Below are positions 62,079 to 64,000 of a stretch of 64,000 nt of DNA, in pieces. How positions within the stretch are numbered: the stretch's first letter is position 1; the number at the start of each line of letters is the position of its first letter. The position numbers and the translations under genes are program-made. The notes below the pieces were generated by a model. It was given only the letters and a program-made list of their open reading frames with translations. It was not told the DNA's origin and did no database searches. Origin of the DNA: Patescibacteria group bacterium (GTDB lineage: Bacteria > Patescibacteriota > UBA1384 > 2-12-FULL-50-11). The DNA lies in NCBI GenBank assembly GCA_038058635.1, contig JBBUAP010000002.1, forward strand, positions 20,948 to 84,947. Reading direction: 5' to 3'.

Positions 62079-62095
62079 GCCAGCAGCAGCGGTAA
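61481..62095 (+). CDS. LAGLIDADG homing endonuclease (double-motif), intron 2. The ORF runs into the downstream exon.
   Basis: ILIGVTLGDGYL and LAIWYQDDGTL motifs. The stop TAA lies inside the exon sequence GGTAATAC. The track ORF starts at 61424. Confidence 0.75.
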   Translation: MTERVKEILIGVTLGDGYLTSFSGKSQKSSLDMKVAEDKYQYLNWLRHELAELGGSGLTKRSDNNQFRLVTQRNLEIGRIRTLFYPNGKKCIPSNIDQLLISPLTLAIWYQDDGTLDYRDKYHYNALFATHRFSHSGCELLTSALQKNFGLDVRVCRCQMRGKVNYRLYVVSKSMDRFLGLIRPYIHPCFQYKIRDLKASQQQR

Positions 62096-62351
62096 TACGT
62101 AGGCCCCGAGCGTTATCCGGAATTATTGGGCGTAAAGTGCGCGTAGGTGTTTTTGTAAGTCGGTCGTTAAATCTCACAGCTCAACTGCGAGACCGCGAGC
62201 GATACTACAAGAATTGAGTTTTGCAGGGGCTAGCAGAATTTCTGGAGTAGGGGTGAAATCCGTTGATACCAGAAGGAATACCAATGGCGAAGGCAGCTAG
62301 CTGGGCAATAACTGACACTGAGAGCGCGAAAGCGTGGGGAGCAAACGGGAT

Positions 62352-63421
62352 CGATGGTATCTGGTCCCCCGGTACGGTGACGTATCGGTAAAAATCTGTC
62401 TGTCTGGGTGCGATTTTCGCAAGAAAATTAAAATCCAGAAGACTGTAGTTTGTGCGAGAGCACAGACACAGGCTATATGCTGGAATCTCTGGTGTACTTA
62501 AGGAGCAATCCAACAAGTGCTTCTGTCGCAAGACGGGAACCAGACAATCAGCAGGAAACCGTTACTGATATGATAAAAGTAATGGGATCCTCAGAGACTA
62601 CACGCCAGATGACTCACATGAACCAGAAACTAGCTATGCTGTTAGGATTTCTCTATACAGATGGCTGTGTTTCTCCGAAAGGGAAGAGTTGGCGAATCTA
62701 TTTTGCCGTAAAATCTCAAGAATTAGTCGACTTGTTTCGGGATTGCGTAGTTACAACTTTCGCAATCGATCCGAAACGAGTTCGAGTGAGAGTTAGAACT
62801 TCAGGCCTAACGGCCGCTGTAGTTGACTCGAAGTCTATCGGCACCTACCTAACGACACGATTCGGAACATTCCGAACCTTGAAGTTTGAAAATGGTGACT
62901 TACCGAAGACGAAATTGCCCGTATCCGCCCTGAAAAAGAGTGGCTACGTGGAGGACTTCTTGAGAGTCGCATTCAGCTGTGACGGAGGCGTAAGTCTTTA
63001 TCCAGCAATGCGAAACAGCAAAAACGGAAAAACCAAATGGTTGATTAGAACGGTTTTTATCTCTTGTGCCCATCCACAGATGCGATCGGATTATCTAGCT
63101 TTATTAAAAAGTCTGGGTATCTATGTTCGCAATGTAGCAACGGATGGCAAGCTTAAGATTGAGCGAGAACGAGATATTCGTCTCTTCGCTAAAAAAATCG
63201 GCTTCGTTGATGGAGTGAAAGCAACGCTAGACTCCAAGTTCTGGAGTGGATACGAGAAAAATGAAGTTCTACGGATCCTCATCAACTCGTACGGCCAACC
63301 AGCAACAATCTATCAACTACCCAAATTCAGTGAGTCAATGATATAGTCCGACCTCTGCAGCGATGCAGAGAGATGCGACAATTACCGCAAGTCGTGTCCA
63401 TCGAAAGATGTAACAATATTG
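62352..63421 (+). mobile_element. 16S intron 3 at the S788-equivalent site (GGAU|UAGAUACCC), group-I-like
   Basis: ...GGGGAGCAAACGGGAT | ... G | TAGATACCCCGGTAGTCC. 5' exon ends in U and the intron ends in G. Confidence 0.8.
62450..63346 (+). CDS. LAGLIDADG homing endonuclease (double-motif), intron 3
   Basis: LLGFLYTDGCV and FLRVAFSCDGGV motifs. The real start is probably an internal Met (about 62570, MIKVMGS...). Confidence 0.7.
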   Translation: MCESTDTGYMLESLVYLRSNPTSASVARREPDNQQETVTDMIKVMGSSETTRQMTHMNQKLAMLLGFLYTDGCVSPKGKSWRIYFAVKSQELVDLFRDCVVTTFAIDPKRVRVRVRTSGLTAAVVDSKSIGTYLTTRFGTFRTLKFENGDLPKTKLPVSALKKSGYVEDFLRVAFSCDGGVSLYPAMRNSKNGKTKWLIRTVFISCAHPQMRSDYLALLKSLGIYVRNVATDGKLKIERERDIRLFAKKIGFVDGVKATLDSKFWSGYEKNEVLRILINSYGQPATIYQLPKFSESMI

Positions 63422-63918
63422 TAGATACCCCGGTAGTCCACGCCCTAAACTATGTCTACTAGCGATAGGAAGAGTCGACCCTTTCTGTCGCGAAGCTAAC
63501 GCGTCAAGTAGACCGCCTGGGAAGTACGATCGCAAGATTAAAACTCAAATGAATTGGCGGGGGCTCGCACAAGTGGTGGAGCATGTGGTTTAATTCGACA
63601 GTAAGCGAAAACCTTATCCCAGATTTGACATCTAGCGAATCCCCAAGAAACTGGGGAGTGCCCGTAAGGGAGCGCTAAGACAGGTATTGCACGGTCGTCG
63701 TCAGTTCGTGGCGTGAGCTGTGAGGTTAAGTCCTTAAACGAACGAAACCCTTGTCCTATGTTGGATTTTCATAGGAGACTGCCCTGGTAACAGGGAGGAA
63801 GGTGGGGATGACGTCAGATCCGCGTGGTCTTTATGTCTGGGGCTACACACGTGCTACAATCCTATCGACAATGGGTCGCCAAGCCGCAAGGCGGAGCTAA
63901 TCCCATCAAAAGATAGGT

Positions 63919-63963
<45 letters not shown>

Positions 63964-64000
63964 ACTAGTAATCGTGGATCAGAACGCCACGGTGAATACG

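Overview
This 64-kb window is gene-dense, with short house-keeping proteins and about 48% GC. The gene content and the intron-rich 16S suggest a CPR/Patescibacteria-type bacterium using the standard genetic code. Positions 1..35,600 carry core genes on both strands: uvrD/pcrA, rsmA, rsmI, metG, tatD, mnmA, ctpA, lemA, htpX, ligA, gatCAB, htrA, prmC-prfA, rpmE, rpsB-tsf-frr, rseP, proS, tpiA and pgk. Positions 35.6..52.8 kb hold a minus-strand surface operon: a 4,647-aa parallel-beta-helix giant protein with an internal 6.35-kb tandem duplication, followed by three secreted or membrane-anchored proteins. One of those three shares a 32-aa C-terminal motif with the giant protein. Positions 52.8..59.5 kb form an accessory island. 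It carries two paralogous RAYT/IS200-like HuH Y1 transposase genes, each bracketed by perfect REP-like palindromes. It also carries a PEBP cargo gene, a DUF3800 gene, tig, and a degenerate hicBA pair, then clpP and a second intact hicBA cassette flanked by a 55-bp direct repeat of the clpP 3' end. From 59,868 to the window end is a 16S rRNA gene split by three introns, each encoding a LAGLIDADG homing endonuclease. A roughly 150-nt palindromic MITE-like element built from AGACTT words is scattered through the window. It occurs twice intergenically, once as a solo arm, and once inserted in-frame inside mnmA. There is also a 53-nt bidirectional hairpin element present twice. Coordinates of non-ORF elements are approximate to within 2 nt.
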